DNA of 64,000 bases from Blepharisma stoltei ATCC 30299 (lineage: Eukaryota > Protista > Ciliophora). Position 1 is the first letter of the stretch. Each line of letters starts with the position of its first letter. The stretch covers positions 310,001 to 374,000 of the forward strand of contig CBFDEM010000027.1 in NCBI GenBank assembly GCA_965603825.1, in the 5' to 3' direction. The notes beneath the pieces are model-generated. The model saw only the letters and a program-made list of their open reading frames with translations, ran no database searches and was not told where the DNA came from. Of this stretch, positions 46,578 to 56,834 are shown in pieces. The translations under genes were made by a program, and so were the position numbers.

Positions 46578-46582
46578 TTTTT
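46578..46582 (+). terminator. Pol III oligo-T terminator of tRNA-Arg
   Basis: TTTTT starting 2 nt after the discriminator base. Confidence 0.7.
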
Positions 46583-47340
46583 ATCTAAGATTCAAACAAG
46601 CAGCAATTTTAAAGAAAATTATTGAAGCCTTAAAAGAGCTAGTCACAGATGTCAACCTTGAAATCAACCCAGAAGGAATCGCTCTCCAAGCAATGGATGC
46701 CTCCCATGTTGCTCTCGTCACATTTTTCCTCCGAGCTTCTGATTTTGAAGAATATCAATGCCACAGAGCTCAAACACTAGGAATCTCTATCTCAAACCTA
46801 TCGAAAATAATTAAATGTGCCGATAATGATGATTCCATCACAATTCGTGCTGAAGACCAAGCCAGCGTCATTACTTTTATTTTTGAAGGGAAAAATGACG
46901 ATAAACTCAGTGAGTTTAATTTGAATCTATTGAGCTTGGATACTGAACATATGGGAATCCCTGAGCAAGAATATGCAGCTGTAATACAACTACCAAGCAG
47001 CGAATTCTGCAGAATTTGCAGAGAACTCAGTCAAATGAGCGATACTTTGAATGTTGATGTAAATAAAGAAAGGGTGGTTTTTAGTGTGAATGGGGATTCA
47101 GGAAGAGGCGCGATTTCGTTGAAACATAGACAGCTTGGAGAACAAAGGACAATTATTGATGTGACAAATGGAGTGAATGCAAGCTTTGCGCTGAGATATT
47201 TGAATTTGTTTAATAAAGCTTCAGTTTTAGGAAGTCAAGCAATCTTGTCAGTGTCAGAAGACTTGCCATTGATACTGAGATTTGACTTTGAGATAGGAGT
47301 GATGAAATATTATTTAGCTCCAAAAATAAATGACGAATAA
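46579..47340 (+). CDS. PCNA: Proliferating cell nuclear antigen; conserved N-terminus present but no in-frame ATG before 46693
   Basis: In-frame FYLRFKQAAILKKIIEALKELVTDVNLEINPEGIALQA precedes MDASHVALV; FALRYL..F.KA; YYLAPKI; TAA 47338-47340. Confidence 0.9.
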   Translation, partial: FYLRFKQAAILKKIIEALKELVTDVNLEINPEGIALQAMDASHVALVTFFLRASDFEEYQCHRAQTLGISISNLSKIIKCADNDDSITIRAEDQASVITFIFEGKNDDKLSEFNLNLLSLDTEHMGIPEQEYAAVIQLPSSEFCRICRELSQMSDTLNVDVNKERVVFSVNGDSGRGAISLKHRQLGEQRTIIDVTNGVNASFALRYLNLFNKASVLGSQAILSVSEDLPLILRFDFEIGVMKYYLAPKINDE

Positions 47341-47728
47341 CTTAATATATTTAAATATGTAATTTTTTACGAGGCAAATTATAGCCAGCAACCTTAAATA
47401 TCCTTATTACCATTATGATACCGATAATTTGGTTCTTTCCGAAATAGCTAACTTCAAAATCGAAAGTAGCAGATATAAAAACCAATAGAGAACAAAATGT
47501 GATGCAATAAAAAATTAAAATAATTTCGTGTAAAATCATCTTCCTTTGCTCAAAAATTATTAGATAGTGTAGACACTATAATTTTTATAAAAAAGAATAA
47601 AAATCATAATTGACTTTTTAGCCTATATTAATAAAATAGTTTATTAATTTATCAATATAATAAAATTAATTATCTGCTTTCTTTATGCGAAATAATTATC
47701 TTGATTTGTGTGATAAAGCTTCATTAAA

Positions 47729-48067
47729 TTATTCATAAGAATTAAACTTCGTTAATTCGTACCTTTGAAACATTGGCTTTTTTGTGAGGTTTGAAGTAAT
47801 CAAAAAAGCCAATTCGTTTTCAGTTCTATGGAAAGAAAAACAAGTCGATCGAGAAGTACTTGGTGATGAATCTCCGTCTTTTCTAGAAAAATTTGTCTTT
47901 TCACTTGCTCAGCTATTGTATTCATGAAATTCTACGGGTGAGCTTAGGCTGATATCGTTGAATCCGTCTTCACTTTTAAGCCTTTGAAACTCAGCTTGAG
48001 TTGTTATAGTTAGGTTTGAGGTAAAATTAAGCTCACCACGCTCAGTATTTGACTCACAGCAGCCCAT
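47729..48067 (-). CDS. Small N-acylated hypothetical protein, 112 aa, absent from the ORF track (one TGA=Trp)
   Basis: MGCCESNTERGEL... open through one TGA to TAA 47729-47731. Confidence 0.7.
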
Positions 48068-48412
48068 ATTAATATATGCAGTTATCTTATGAGAAAATTT
48101 TTTTGAATTTAAAAGCAGAAGAGGTGAAAGGGAATAAAGTTGACGAAAAGTAGAAATTGAACATTAAAATTTGAGAAATTTAATAAATTATGGTTTTAAT
48201 TGCTAAAATGCATTAAGGGTGTTATAAGCGTTAATTCTAAATTGTTTGTTTTTAATGGAAATAGAATTTTAAATTAGTTAATTTAATAAAATTGCTATCA
48301 AAAGCAGCAAAATGAGTGAGGTTTTTAAGGATTTAGCATTTTGATATAAATATGATTTTTAAAGTAGTTTTTGATTAGAAGTGACTTATAATAAAATAAT
48401 TTCTAAGAATTA

Positions 48413-49477
48413 TTAAGCAGTTGGATATGAAGGAGTCATGTTGATTCCACAAAGTCCTTTGCCAGTCTGGATTCCGATTCTGATATATCCTTCCTCTCCC
48501 CAGCTTGCGCCCCATGAGTTCTTGACAATCCAATAAGGAGGGCTATTAGTATTATCATATCCTACAATAAGGACACCGTGATCTAGATCAGTTCCGCAAT
48601 CTGCTGTTACAATTCCTCCAGTGTATGACTGCCATGCTCTTTGGTTAGCTTGGACTGCTACTGAAACCGGCTGCTGAGCTACAGCTTGCAATAGAGCGTT
48701 TGAGTTGTTAGGAGATACATTGCTATAAGTAGTAATTTTGGCAGCTATTTGCTTTTCAAGTGACGTATTGCATTGTCCGTTTTTGGCAGTATAAGGGTAA
48801 TTTGCTTCAGTAGTTAAGCCATTGGCAATAGCAAACTTGAAAGCGCTTGTCATAAGTCCACCATTGCAGCCTGCATTTCCATAAGAGGTTGAGCAATCAA
48901 CTAGCTCTTGCTCGGATAGAGAAACAAGGCTATGGCCGCCGAGGAACCAAGCTCCTTCAACTGCTCCTGTTGTGGAGAATGACCAACAGCTTCCACAGTC
49001 CCCTTGATTCTTAACTGCAGTTACTGCGCCTTTTTGTCTCCAATCTACAGTGCTTGGAATGCTAAGGTCTTCGTTTTCTTCAACGAATGGAGAAGCACTA
49101 TATTGAGGGAACTTGTAAGGAGTGTACTTGTTCTTGAATTCTTCTGAAGTCAGGTCAGAAAATTGATTAACTCCGAGAGACCATGATTTTTCTTGGGAGT
49201 TATGAACTCTAGCAAAAGCAGCATTGTCGCGGAAAATTTGGAATCTGGTATGATACTCTTCTGGGGTTGCATAAACCTTTTGGTATTTTGACATAAAGAC
49301 TTGGAACTCTTGTTCTTCCACTTCTAATTCATGTAGAATCAAAGCTGATGGGGAACGAGTATACGCGACAGCAACTGTTGCTATAACTCCAACAACAGCA
49401 AGAAGAGCTAATGCCTGAAAAGCAAGCTTCTTCTTTGAGGAGGTTACTTGGTTTGATGAGATATAAAGGCTATCCAT
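48413..49477 (-). CDS. Cathepsin L-like papain-family cysteine protease (signal anchor + I29 propeptide), 354 aa
   Basis: ERFNIN-like pro-region, GVNQFSD, QGDCGSCWSF, LDHGVL, WIVKNSWG; start likely MDSLY (49477). Confidence 0.96.
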   Translation of the reverse strand: MDSLYISSNQVTSSKKKLAFQALALLAVVGVIATVAVAYTRSPSALILHELEVEEQEFQVFMSKYQKVYATPEEYHTRFQIFRDNAAFARVHNSQEKSWSLGVNQFSDLTSEEFKNKYTPYKFPQYSASPFVEENEDLSIPSTVDWRQKGAVTAVKNQGDCGSCWSFSTTGAVEGAWFLGGHSLVSLSEQELVDCSTSYGNAGCNGGLMTSAFKFAIANGLTTEANYPYTAKNGQCNTSLEKQIAAKITTYSNVSPNNSNALLQAVAQQPVSVAVQANQRAWQSYTGGIVTADCGTDLDHGVLIVGYDNTNSPPYWIVKNSWGASWGEEGYIRIGIQTGKGLCGINMTPSYPTA

Positions 49478-49572
49478 ATTATTATATTTATGTCGCCCGA
49501 CTAATTTAATATAGGCATTAAGAGAATTCATGAGCCAATTTAACTAAAATTTTTAACGTATAAGGTTGGCTA

Positions 49573-49611
49573 AAAATGGTCAGAAAATGGTCAGAAAATG
49601 GTCAGAAAATG
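49573..49611. repeat. 11-bp tandem repeat (AAAATGGTCAG) x3.5 upstream of cathepsin L
   Basis: Three perfect copies plus AAAATG. Confidence 0.9.
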
Positions 49612-49948
49612 CTTGGATGATGAGAAAGTAACTCAAAAAAGTCCAAGATATCAAAATAAATATATTGGATCGCAGAAGCTCTTTATTTATATCAGAGGAA
49701 AATTAATAAAAACTAGGATTTTTTAATTTTGTTTAATTCAATGATTATGCCTACTTTTAAAATGTAAGTTATTTTTTTATTATTATATTTAGATTATTAA
49801 AAAGAGGTTGAGACCTTGGTATTTTTACTTCAAACAGTCCAAAGACTTTCAACATAATTAATTGAAAATAATTGTTTTGCAATGCAAAGGCTTTTCTATA
49901 TCCTTTCTATCTTAAATTTATAAAGCAATTAGAGAAATAAGAAATCTA

Positions 49949-51622
49949 TTAGTCAATATCTTCAAGACAGTCTGGGTTTGTGTAAATTTTCCAAAAATTG
50001 ACATCAGAAAAATTATTAACTTGATGTAGAGGCTCAACTTTCGGAAGTGTACTGGCTTCCTGCTTGTATTCATCTTCCTCTTGTATGATTAATTGATATT
50101 CACAATTGAAGTTCATATCTTGAAAAGCATCGCCCTCATTTTCATTATGAGTATGTTCAGTCATATCAAAGCTCATCATTCTTGATCTTCCTCCTAATAC
50201 TTTTGATTCAGTTTCATTCCTAAAAGAAATATAAGTTTTCATAAAATCTGTCCAGCCTTCTATATCTTCACTATCTTTCAAATTAGAGTTAATTAAGTTA
50301 GCTAGTCTTGTAACATATCCAAGAATTCCCATACGGAAATTTCCTTCATATTTTTTTCCAGATAAAGATATAAGAGTTTGTGGGACCTTCGCTTTTGTAA
50401 AAATCTATATAAAAATTACAGCTTGTCTGAGTGTTTCGTGATTGGAACTAAAAATGCACTGGATAAGCTTTTCGTATAGGTTATGAAGAATAGAGTTCCA
50501 AGGGTGATTTATAAATAGACTCTACATATATATTACTGTGATGCTTTCTAATATTGAGCTTTCTGCAATAGAATCAAGCAAGTCTTCATGGGCGAGTTTT
50601 ATTAAGGAAATTATGATTTCTATCACTTTAAGTTTGTTTTCCCCAACAGAAGTAATGGTCGTTTTATAAGTTGTATTCACTTTTACGCCGTTTTCTTTGC
50701 TTAAGCTTTCTTTGAATTTGTCTAGATTTAGTACTATGTAAGAAATCAATGGAGAAATCTCAGTATGCCCTTCCACTTCATCATCACAGGCTGTAATTTG
50801 ATTCACTAAAGCTTCTATAACAACTGCAGCTGACCTTGAAACTATGATATTATCTTGAAAAAGCATCTCAAAAATGTTACGAATTGCTTGCACATTATTT
50901 GAGAGATAAGATGAAATTTCATGAAAATTGGAATTCATTTGTTTCGAAGACAATAGATTTTTGAGTAAAATGCTGGCATTTGTAGAGGTCTCCGGCAAGC
51001 TTGAAGGAGAGATGATATTTAAAATCTGGTCAATTGTGGATAAAAGCTCATTTTTATAAGCAGGATTCCCATGATCTTCACAGCATAGTATTTTCTCCAC
51101 CAGTTCACATATGCTTTTACTGTATAAGTGGTTTAGCAGTTTTTTTCCGTGCTGATGCCCTTCATATAGAAAAGATAAGAGTTCATAGCTATTTCGACTA
51201 AGTAAGCATTGAATTACTCGAGAGAAGTACCCAGCAAGAAGTAAATTTAGTGAAGGAGTTTCTAAAAAGTTGAAAATTTGTTCAAGAAATTTGGGCTCGT
51301 TAAAAAATGCATCCAAAATTTCCACACACTCTAAGGAAAATAGTTCATTGACTACAAATGGATATTTATAGCAGGCTTTGGAGTTAGATAGGTCTGTGGG
51401 GTCTATTGTGATATATTGTATCATTTTTTCCACTTGATTTGGGATTAGGAACTCAAGCAAATGAGAGTTTTTGTTTCTGGTTTCGTAGATAAGCTCGTCT
51501 TCAAAGTCTAATAGTTCTTCAAGGGTAAGATCTTCTTTTTGGAGAAGAGCTTCAATTTCATGTGAGTTTTGCTTAGCTCGCAAGCTATTCAATAAGAGTC
51601 CTAAATTCATCATGACTTTCAT
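49949..51622 (-). CDS. SAPS-domain PP6 regulatory subunit (SIT4-associated protein family), ~547 aa, two 15-nt introns
   Basis: LTLEELLD.ED, YKYPFV..EL, LNLLLAGYFSRV; after splicing LFINHPWNSILHN and FRMG.LGYVT. Confidence 0.9.
50405..50419 (-). other. 15-nt spliceosomal intron
   Basis: GTAATTTTTATATAG; removes an in-frame TAG. Confidence 0.88.
50522..50536 (-). other. 15-nt spliceosomal intron
   Basis: GTAATATATATGTAG; removal yields the conserved SAPS PWNS.LH motif in frame. Confidence 0.92.
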
Positions 51623-51656
51623 ATCAATAATATCACAGTATACACAAAACTTATAA

Positions 51657-52364
51657 ATGAAGTCCTTGAGGATACGACAGATCCAGCATGTAAGGAGTAA
51701 AAGTTCTCTCGGATTTGTAAGCTCCAGTAATAAGAATAACTCAAGAACGCTTTCTCCAGGAAATAACGCAATATCTTCTCCTAAGACTTTAAGAATTGAA
51801 ATACATAAATTAACTACAAAACTTCCAGTAAAACCAGAGCCAAGAGGTGAGTTAGAAATTAAAATAACTTTGCCCGAAGTAAATATTCAAGCTTCACCAA
51901 AACGAGGTACTCAAAAAGATTCAGAAACTCAAATAAAAGAAGGAACCCATAATTATAAAGATGAGAAAAATTCAAAAACTGCATCCCAACTAGAAATAAG
52001 GAAACTTAATTTTGATCTAATTTACCCAATGGAAAGGTCTATATCAAATTCGTATATCCCTAACATTAGGGTAGGAAAATTTTACTTCAGATCTAAATCG
52101 TCGACAAAATCGAGAGGAAAAAGCATTAGCAATATACATATGTCTGAAAAATCAAGGAAAATTTCTATAAAAAATAATAAAAGAAGTAAAACGTTTGCAG
52201 AGTATGTAGCTGGATTGCAGCAAGGCTCAACTACCTGCTTGCCTTCACATCCTGATACTGCAGCGAAGAAGAATTTGAAATATAAGCTGATGGATGAAAT
52301 AGAGAGAAGCATATCATCAAGCTCAAGCCAGAGATCATTTATGTGGAATTTCAAGCCTAAATAG
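51657..52364 (+). CDS. Basic Ser-rich hypothetical protein, 235 aa
   Basis: Intact ATG-TAG ORF. Confidence 0.7.
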   Translation: MKSLRIRQIQHVRSKSSLGFVSSSNKNNSRTLSPGNNAISSPKTLRIEIHKLTTKLPVKPEPRGELEIKITLPEVNIQASPKRGTQKDSETQIKEGTHNYKDEKNSKTASQLEIRKLNFDLIYPMERSISNSYIPNIRVGKFYFRSKSSTKSRGKSISNIHMSEKSRKISIKNNKRSKTFAEYVAGLQQGSTTCLPSHPDTAAKKNLKYKLMDEIERSISSSSSQRSFMWNFKPK

Positions 52365-52772
52365 CTGTATTTTTATTCAAATAGCTTTCCTGTGCATGTA
52401 AATTTTCGCTTATTCAACTTTCTGATATGGTTAATGCATTAATTATAATTCAGTAAATGATAATTCACCTTTCTTATGCTTTACGATTAACTGGAAAAAA
52501 ATAATTTATGCTGCCTCAGCAAATACTAATTTGCAATTTTACAACCAATTTCAGCTCGTCCTTTGTCTTCTCTATGAGTGAAATTAATTTATTTTTACTT
52601 TTTCTTTTTCCAGAGTATTTCCTTAGCATTTCTAATAAAAATTACATTTTCTTTGTTTTATTTATTATTCTTTTAAAGTCGCGTTAATTCATCAAATTTT
52701 TGTAATTTAGCTAATTTTGGCCAGCAGAATATCCAAAGATTTTGTCCATTTTTCATCTCAGATATAATAAAA

Positions 52773-54032
52773 ATGTTGGCTAGGAAACTTCGACTTGATC
52801 ACATTCTTGACCAAATCCCAGGCAGACGTGTCCTTATTAGAGCAGATTTTAACGTTCCTCTAAAGAACGGCAAAGTCTCTGACACAACAAGAATCGTCGC
52901 GACCCTCCCAACAATAAATAAAGTGCTTGAGCACAACCCAAAAAGTGTTGTCTTAATGAGCCACTTAGGCAGGCCAGATGGTTTAGTAGAGGCAAAATCT
53001 TCTTTGAGACCAGTCGCTGCTGAATTGGAGACCCTTTTGGGAAGACCTGTAACCTTCCTTACAGACTGTGTAGGAGATGATGTGGTTAAGGCCTGCTCTG
53101 ATCCAGCACCAGGATCAATTATTTTGTTGGAGAATCTTAGATTCCACCCTGAAGAAGAAGGCACTGGAAAGGATGCAGCAGGCAATAAAGTGAAGCCTTC
53201 TAAAGAGGCTGTCGAAGCTTTCAGAGATACTTTGACATCACTTGGCGATATTTTCATTAATGATGCTTTTGGGACAGCTCATAGAGCTCACAGTTCAATG
53301 GCAGGAATTAAACTTCCAGTCAGAGCAGCTGGACTTCTCATGGGAAAAGAATTAGAATATTTCTCAAGAGCCTTAGAAAACCCTGAAAGGCCATTACTGG
53401 TTATCATGGGAGGTGCCAAAGTCAAAGACAAAATCCAGCTGATCACTAATCTCTTAAACCTTTGTGACGAAATGATCATTGGAGGAGGCATGGCTTTTAC
53501 TTTCAAGAAAAGACTAGAAAACATGGAAATTGGAAACTCCATTTTCGATGCTGAAGGCGCAGAAATTGTTGAAAGCATCATGAAGAAAGCTGAAGAAAAA
53601 GGCGTCCAAATTCACTTGCCAAGTGATTTTGTGTGCGGAGATAAATTCCAAGAAGGCTGCAACGTCCAAACTACAGCTGGATCAGTTCCAGAAGGATGGA
53701 TCGGTATGGATATTGGCCCAGAGTCTGCTGAAAGAATGGCAGAAGCAATTAGAAGAGCTAAAACGATTGTTTGGAATGGACCTCCTGGTGTATTCGAAAA
53801 CCCTGCTTTCAGAGCTGGATCTGTCAGATTCTTCCAAGAAATTATTGAAGGAACTGCTAATAGAGGACTAGTCAGCATTGTAGGTGGAGGTGATACTGCA
53901 GCCTTTGTCCAAAGCATGGGAGCAGACGCAGCAAGAATCAGCCATATCAGCACTGGAGGTGGAGCTTCACTGGAACTTATGGAAGGAAAAGAACTTCCTG
54001 GAGCACTTTTCTTATCAGATATCCAAGCTTAA
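52773..54032 (+). CDS. PGK: Phosphoglycerate kinase
   Basis: RADFNVP, SHLGRP, LLENLRFH, NDAFGTAHRAH, GGAKV.DK, WNGP.GVFE, HISTGGGASLE. Confidence 0.99.
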   Translation: MLARKLRLDHILDQIPGRRVLIRADFNVPLKNGKVSDTTRIVATLPTINKVLEHNPKSVVLMSHLGRPDGLVEAKSSLRPVAAELETLLGRPVTFLTDCVGDDVVKACSDPAPGSIILLENLRFHPEEEGTGKDAAGNKVKPSKEAVEAFRDTLTSLGDIFINDAFGTAHRAHSSMAGIKLPVRAAGLLMGKELEYFSRALENPERPLLVIMGGAKVKDKIQLITNLLNLCDEMIIGGGMAFTFKKRLENMEIGNSIFDAEGAEIVESIMKKAEEKGVQIHLPSDFVCGDKFQEGCNVQTTAGSVPEGWIGMDIGPESAERMAEAIRRAKTIVWNGPPGVFENPAFRAGSVRFFQEIIEGTANRGLVSIVGGGDTAAFVQSMGADAARISHISTGGGASLELMEGKELPGALFLSDIQA

Positions 54033-54458
54033 TTAATTAAAAGCGATCAATTTAATTAAATTTCATAGATTATCTTATAAGGTAATACAAATGTATAATC
54101 TGAGATTTGCAATCTATTTTTGAATAATGTTAGGCAGGAAAAGTCTACTATAGATAATAAAAATGTCCCACTTATAGTTATATTTTCAAGATACCATAAA
54201 TCTTCATTTTATGACTCAGAAAACATGATTCTATCTTCTCAAAAACTTTCTTATATTACCTAAAATGAATAAAGCTTATATTTTCTAATAATTTCTGTTT
54301 AATTTTCATTTTTTATATTCTAGAGCATCCACTTTTCTATTTGATAAAATCTACTTTTATCAGTCTTTATATTTTTCTAGATAGTTTTTTATTTTTCTTA
54401 TAGATTTTTTATCCAAAAACAAGTCGAATTAATTTTATTTATCCATATCATTTTCGAA

Positions 54459-55769
54459 ATGCCACCTAAAAATACTCAAGGATCATCAAAAAGACTCTAT
54501 GACCTCAACTTACAAATTCACTACATAAAAGCCTCCCTGAAGCAATTAGCTCTCGTAAAAGTCCGAGCAAAAATAGGCTTCCAAAAGCAAGAAACCCAAG
54601 CAATGCAATATGATTCCTCTAAATCTCAAGTCATTTTTGAGTATCCCATCACCTTACAAGATATCTCAATGAAAGAGAAAAGTGGAACTTACCAAAAGAA
54701 ATCAGTATTTCTAATAGTCTTCGAAATTGACGGAAAATCATCGAAAAAATTAGGCAAGGCTAAACTTGAATTTTCTGAACTCGCGAGGTCAGAAAAACCT
54801 ATAAATAAGCTAGAAATCCCGATAGAAAAATGCAGTGACCCTAATGCAAAAGTCTGCATAACTGCAGAACTTTTGCATAATGAAAGAAATACCAGAGGCT
54901 TCGCAAGCAGTGATTTTATAGTTGGAGGAATTTCAGACTTTGATTACAGCTCAATTGATAGGGAAACTGGCTCTCAGTCAGTTCTTATCCGTGAAGAAGC
55001 TGAAGAAGAGGAAGAAATATATCCTTCTAAAACTCATAGAAGAAGTGTCATTGTGTATGAAAAGCCTCCAAATATTGATGACTTATTAGGGGGAAATGCA
55101 GAATCAGAAACAGTGGGAACTAGTGGGGAACCAGAAGCAAGGAGCATGGAGTCTGATAAAGACAGCATTTTAACGAAAAGTTCTACTTCAGAGCTGCCTG
55201 AGATAAAAAATGTTGATATTCCAGAAGTCCCTAAATCTCTTCCTGCATTTCAAAGTCCTGCAATAGACATTCCAGAAGCTCCAAAAGCTCCTTCAGACTT
55301 TGAAAGGCTAACAATAGATATTTCAGAAACTTCAAAAGCTTCTTCTACCTTCCAAAGGCCAACAATAGATATTTCAGAAGCTTCAAAAGCTCTCCCTATC
55401 TTCCAAAGGCCAACAATAGATATTCCAACAAGAAGGAGATCAACGCTAGGAAGAACAAGGCAGGGCTCTGATCCTGAAGCTTATAAAGAGTTCCCAATTG
55501 AAGCTTCATCTCCAAGGAATTTATATATGGCTATTGCTAGAGATAATGCAATACACCCAAAAGAGTCAAAAATTGAGTCTGAGAGTTCAAGTTCAGATGA
55601 GGAGCCTATTTTTCTCAGTGAGGAAGAAATAGCGAAAAAGCTTCCCGTAAAAGATATGGGGGACACCAAGCCAAATGAAAAATCAAAAGCTGAGGAAATG
55701 GTTGCTAAAGAAAATCAGTCAGGATTAAGTGAGAGAACTGGGACATGCGCGAAGTGCACGCTTCTATAA
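54459..55769 (+). CDS. NT-C2 (EEIG1/EHBP1-type) domain protein with internal repeats and C-terminal CaaX (CTLL)
   Basis: N-terminal beta-rich domain with YQKK..FL.V...KKLGKAKLEFSE; disordered middle; CAKCTLL end. Confidence 0.7.
   Translation: MPPKNTQGSSKRLYDLNLQIHYIKASLKQLALVKVRAKIGFQKQETQAMQYDSSKSQVIFEYPITLQDISMKEKSGTYQKKSVFLIVFEIDGKSSKKLGKAKLEFSELARSEKPINKLEIPIEKCSDPNAKVCITAELLHNERNTRGFASSDFIVGGISDFDYSSIDRETGSQSVLIREEAEEEEEIYPSKTHRRSVIVYEKPPNIDDLLGGNAESETVGTSGEPEARSMESDKDSILTKSSTSELPEIKNVDIPEVPKSLPAFQSPAIDIPEAPKAPSDFERLTIDISETSKASSTFQRPTIDISEASKALPIFQRPTIDIPTRRRSTLGRTRQGSDPEAYKEFPIEASSPRNLYMAIARDNAIHPKESKIESESSSSDEEPIFLSEEEIAKKLPVKDMGDTKPNEKSKAEEMVAKENQSGLSERTGTCAKCTLL
55212..55427 (+). 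repeat. 51-nt (17-aa) coding tandem repeat, ~4.2 copies
   Basis: VDIPEVPKSLPAFQSPA / IDIPEAPKAPSDFERLT / IDISETSKASSTFQRPT / IDISEASKALPIFQRPT / IDIP. Confidence 0.9.
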
Positions 55770-55920
55770 GTTTATTATATGTGTTATAAATTCAATTGAA
55801 GATAACTAGGATAAATATTTCTATTTACTACTTTAAGAGATAATTATACTTATTAAATCATAAACCATTAAGAAATAAAAGAAAGTAATATAAATTTCAA
55901 GTGATTTACATAGAAAAATG

Positions 55921-56523
55921 CTACTCTATTTTAAACCTTGAAGAGTCAGGTATAATCCTTTCAAGCGATTTTATAACTTTGTGTTTGGATAGCTTCGGTA
56001 AAGCAGCCAAAGAATAAATTGCATTACTGTGAGGAGACCTGCTCAAAATTTCTTGTCTAAATCTTTCGCCTTGATGCAACCTCTCTACTTAAATTTTACT
56101 TTCTTCGTTCATTTGATGCACAATTGTAGGAGTTAATGATTCTCTTAATTCTTCTAATTTTTCAGGGGTCAAGTCTCTGTGCTTAAAATGGATAAGCTCG
56201 TTTACAATTTCTCTCCTATAATGGTTCATCATTGCAAGCTGGTATGGCATATTTTGGTCTTCAAACGTTAAAAAATCTTGCTTGGCTCTTCCTTTGTGAG
56301 AGCTTAAATCTCTTTTTAGAAGTTTTCTTCGATTTTGTCTGATTTTCTGAGCTAATTTGTCGACTTCATCATGCAGCTTGTTTTGACAATTGATAAATCC
56401 TGGCTCTGGAGAGTAATTAAGAGGGCTTATAGAAATTGATGGCTTTTTGAAGTTATCAAGCTTTACAGAACGGATAGTTGATTTAGAATTCCTGCTAGTT
56501 AGGACTTCCCTGGATTTATACAT
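55921..56523 (-). CDS. Basic hypothetical protein, ~195 aa, one 15-nt intron
   Basis: Track ORF ends inside intron 56085-56099; spliced frame continues to TAG 55921-55923. Confidence 0.75.
56085..56099 (-). other. 15-nt spliceosomal intron
   Basis: GTAAAATTTAAGTAG; matches the consensus and removes an in-frame TAA. Confidence 0.82.
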
Positions 56524-56834
56524 ATTTCAATATCATAATCATAACGTCAAATATTATTTAAATTTAATCATTTTATAAATCCTTGATTAAGCAAAAATCA
56601 AATCTGTCTCAAATCATTACAAAGACTCGCACTGAAGCTATAAATACTGCTAATTCTCTTGTGTACTTCACTGTTAGCTGAAATTGCTTGAATTCTTATT
56701 CCGTCGTATAATTCCTTTAGCATAACTGTAGGCTTTAAATATCTCTGAGCTTAATATATAAATGATTTTTCTAATAATTCATATAATTTTAAGGTAAATC
56801 CAATAAACAAATAAAAAAGTACAACATAAAAATC

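Noticed and set aside
47351-47539. Minus 62-aa hydrophobic ORF, and a plus-strand AT|G start split by a putative 15-nt intron (47359-47373)
   Set aside because: The candidate intron ends GAG and lacks the TA at -7/-6 seen in all seven accepted introns; neither peptide has recognisable features.
56499-56723. Minus-strand 74-codon ORF (MLKELYDGIRIQ...) overlapping the start of gene 55921-56523
   Set aside because: Out of frame with that gene, no consensus tiny intron joins them, and the 3' half is AT-rich; cannot be supported.
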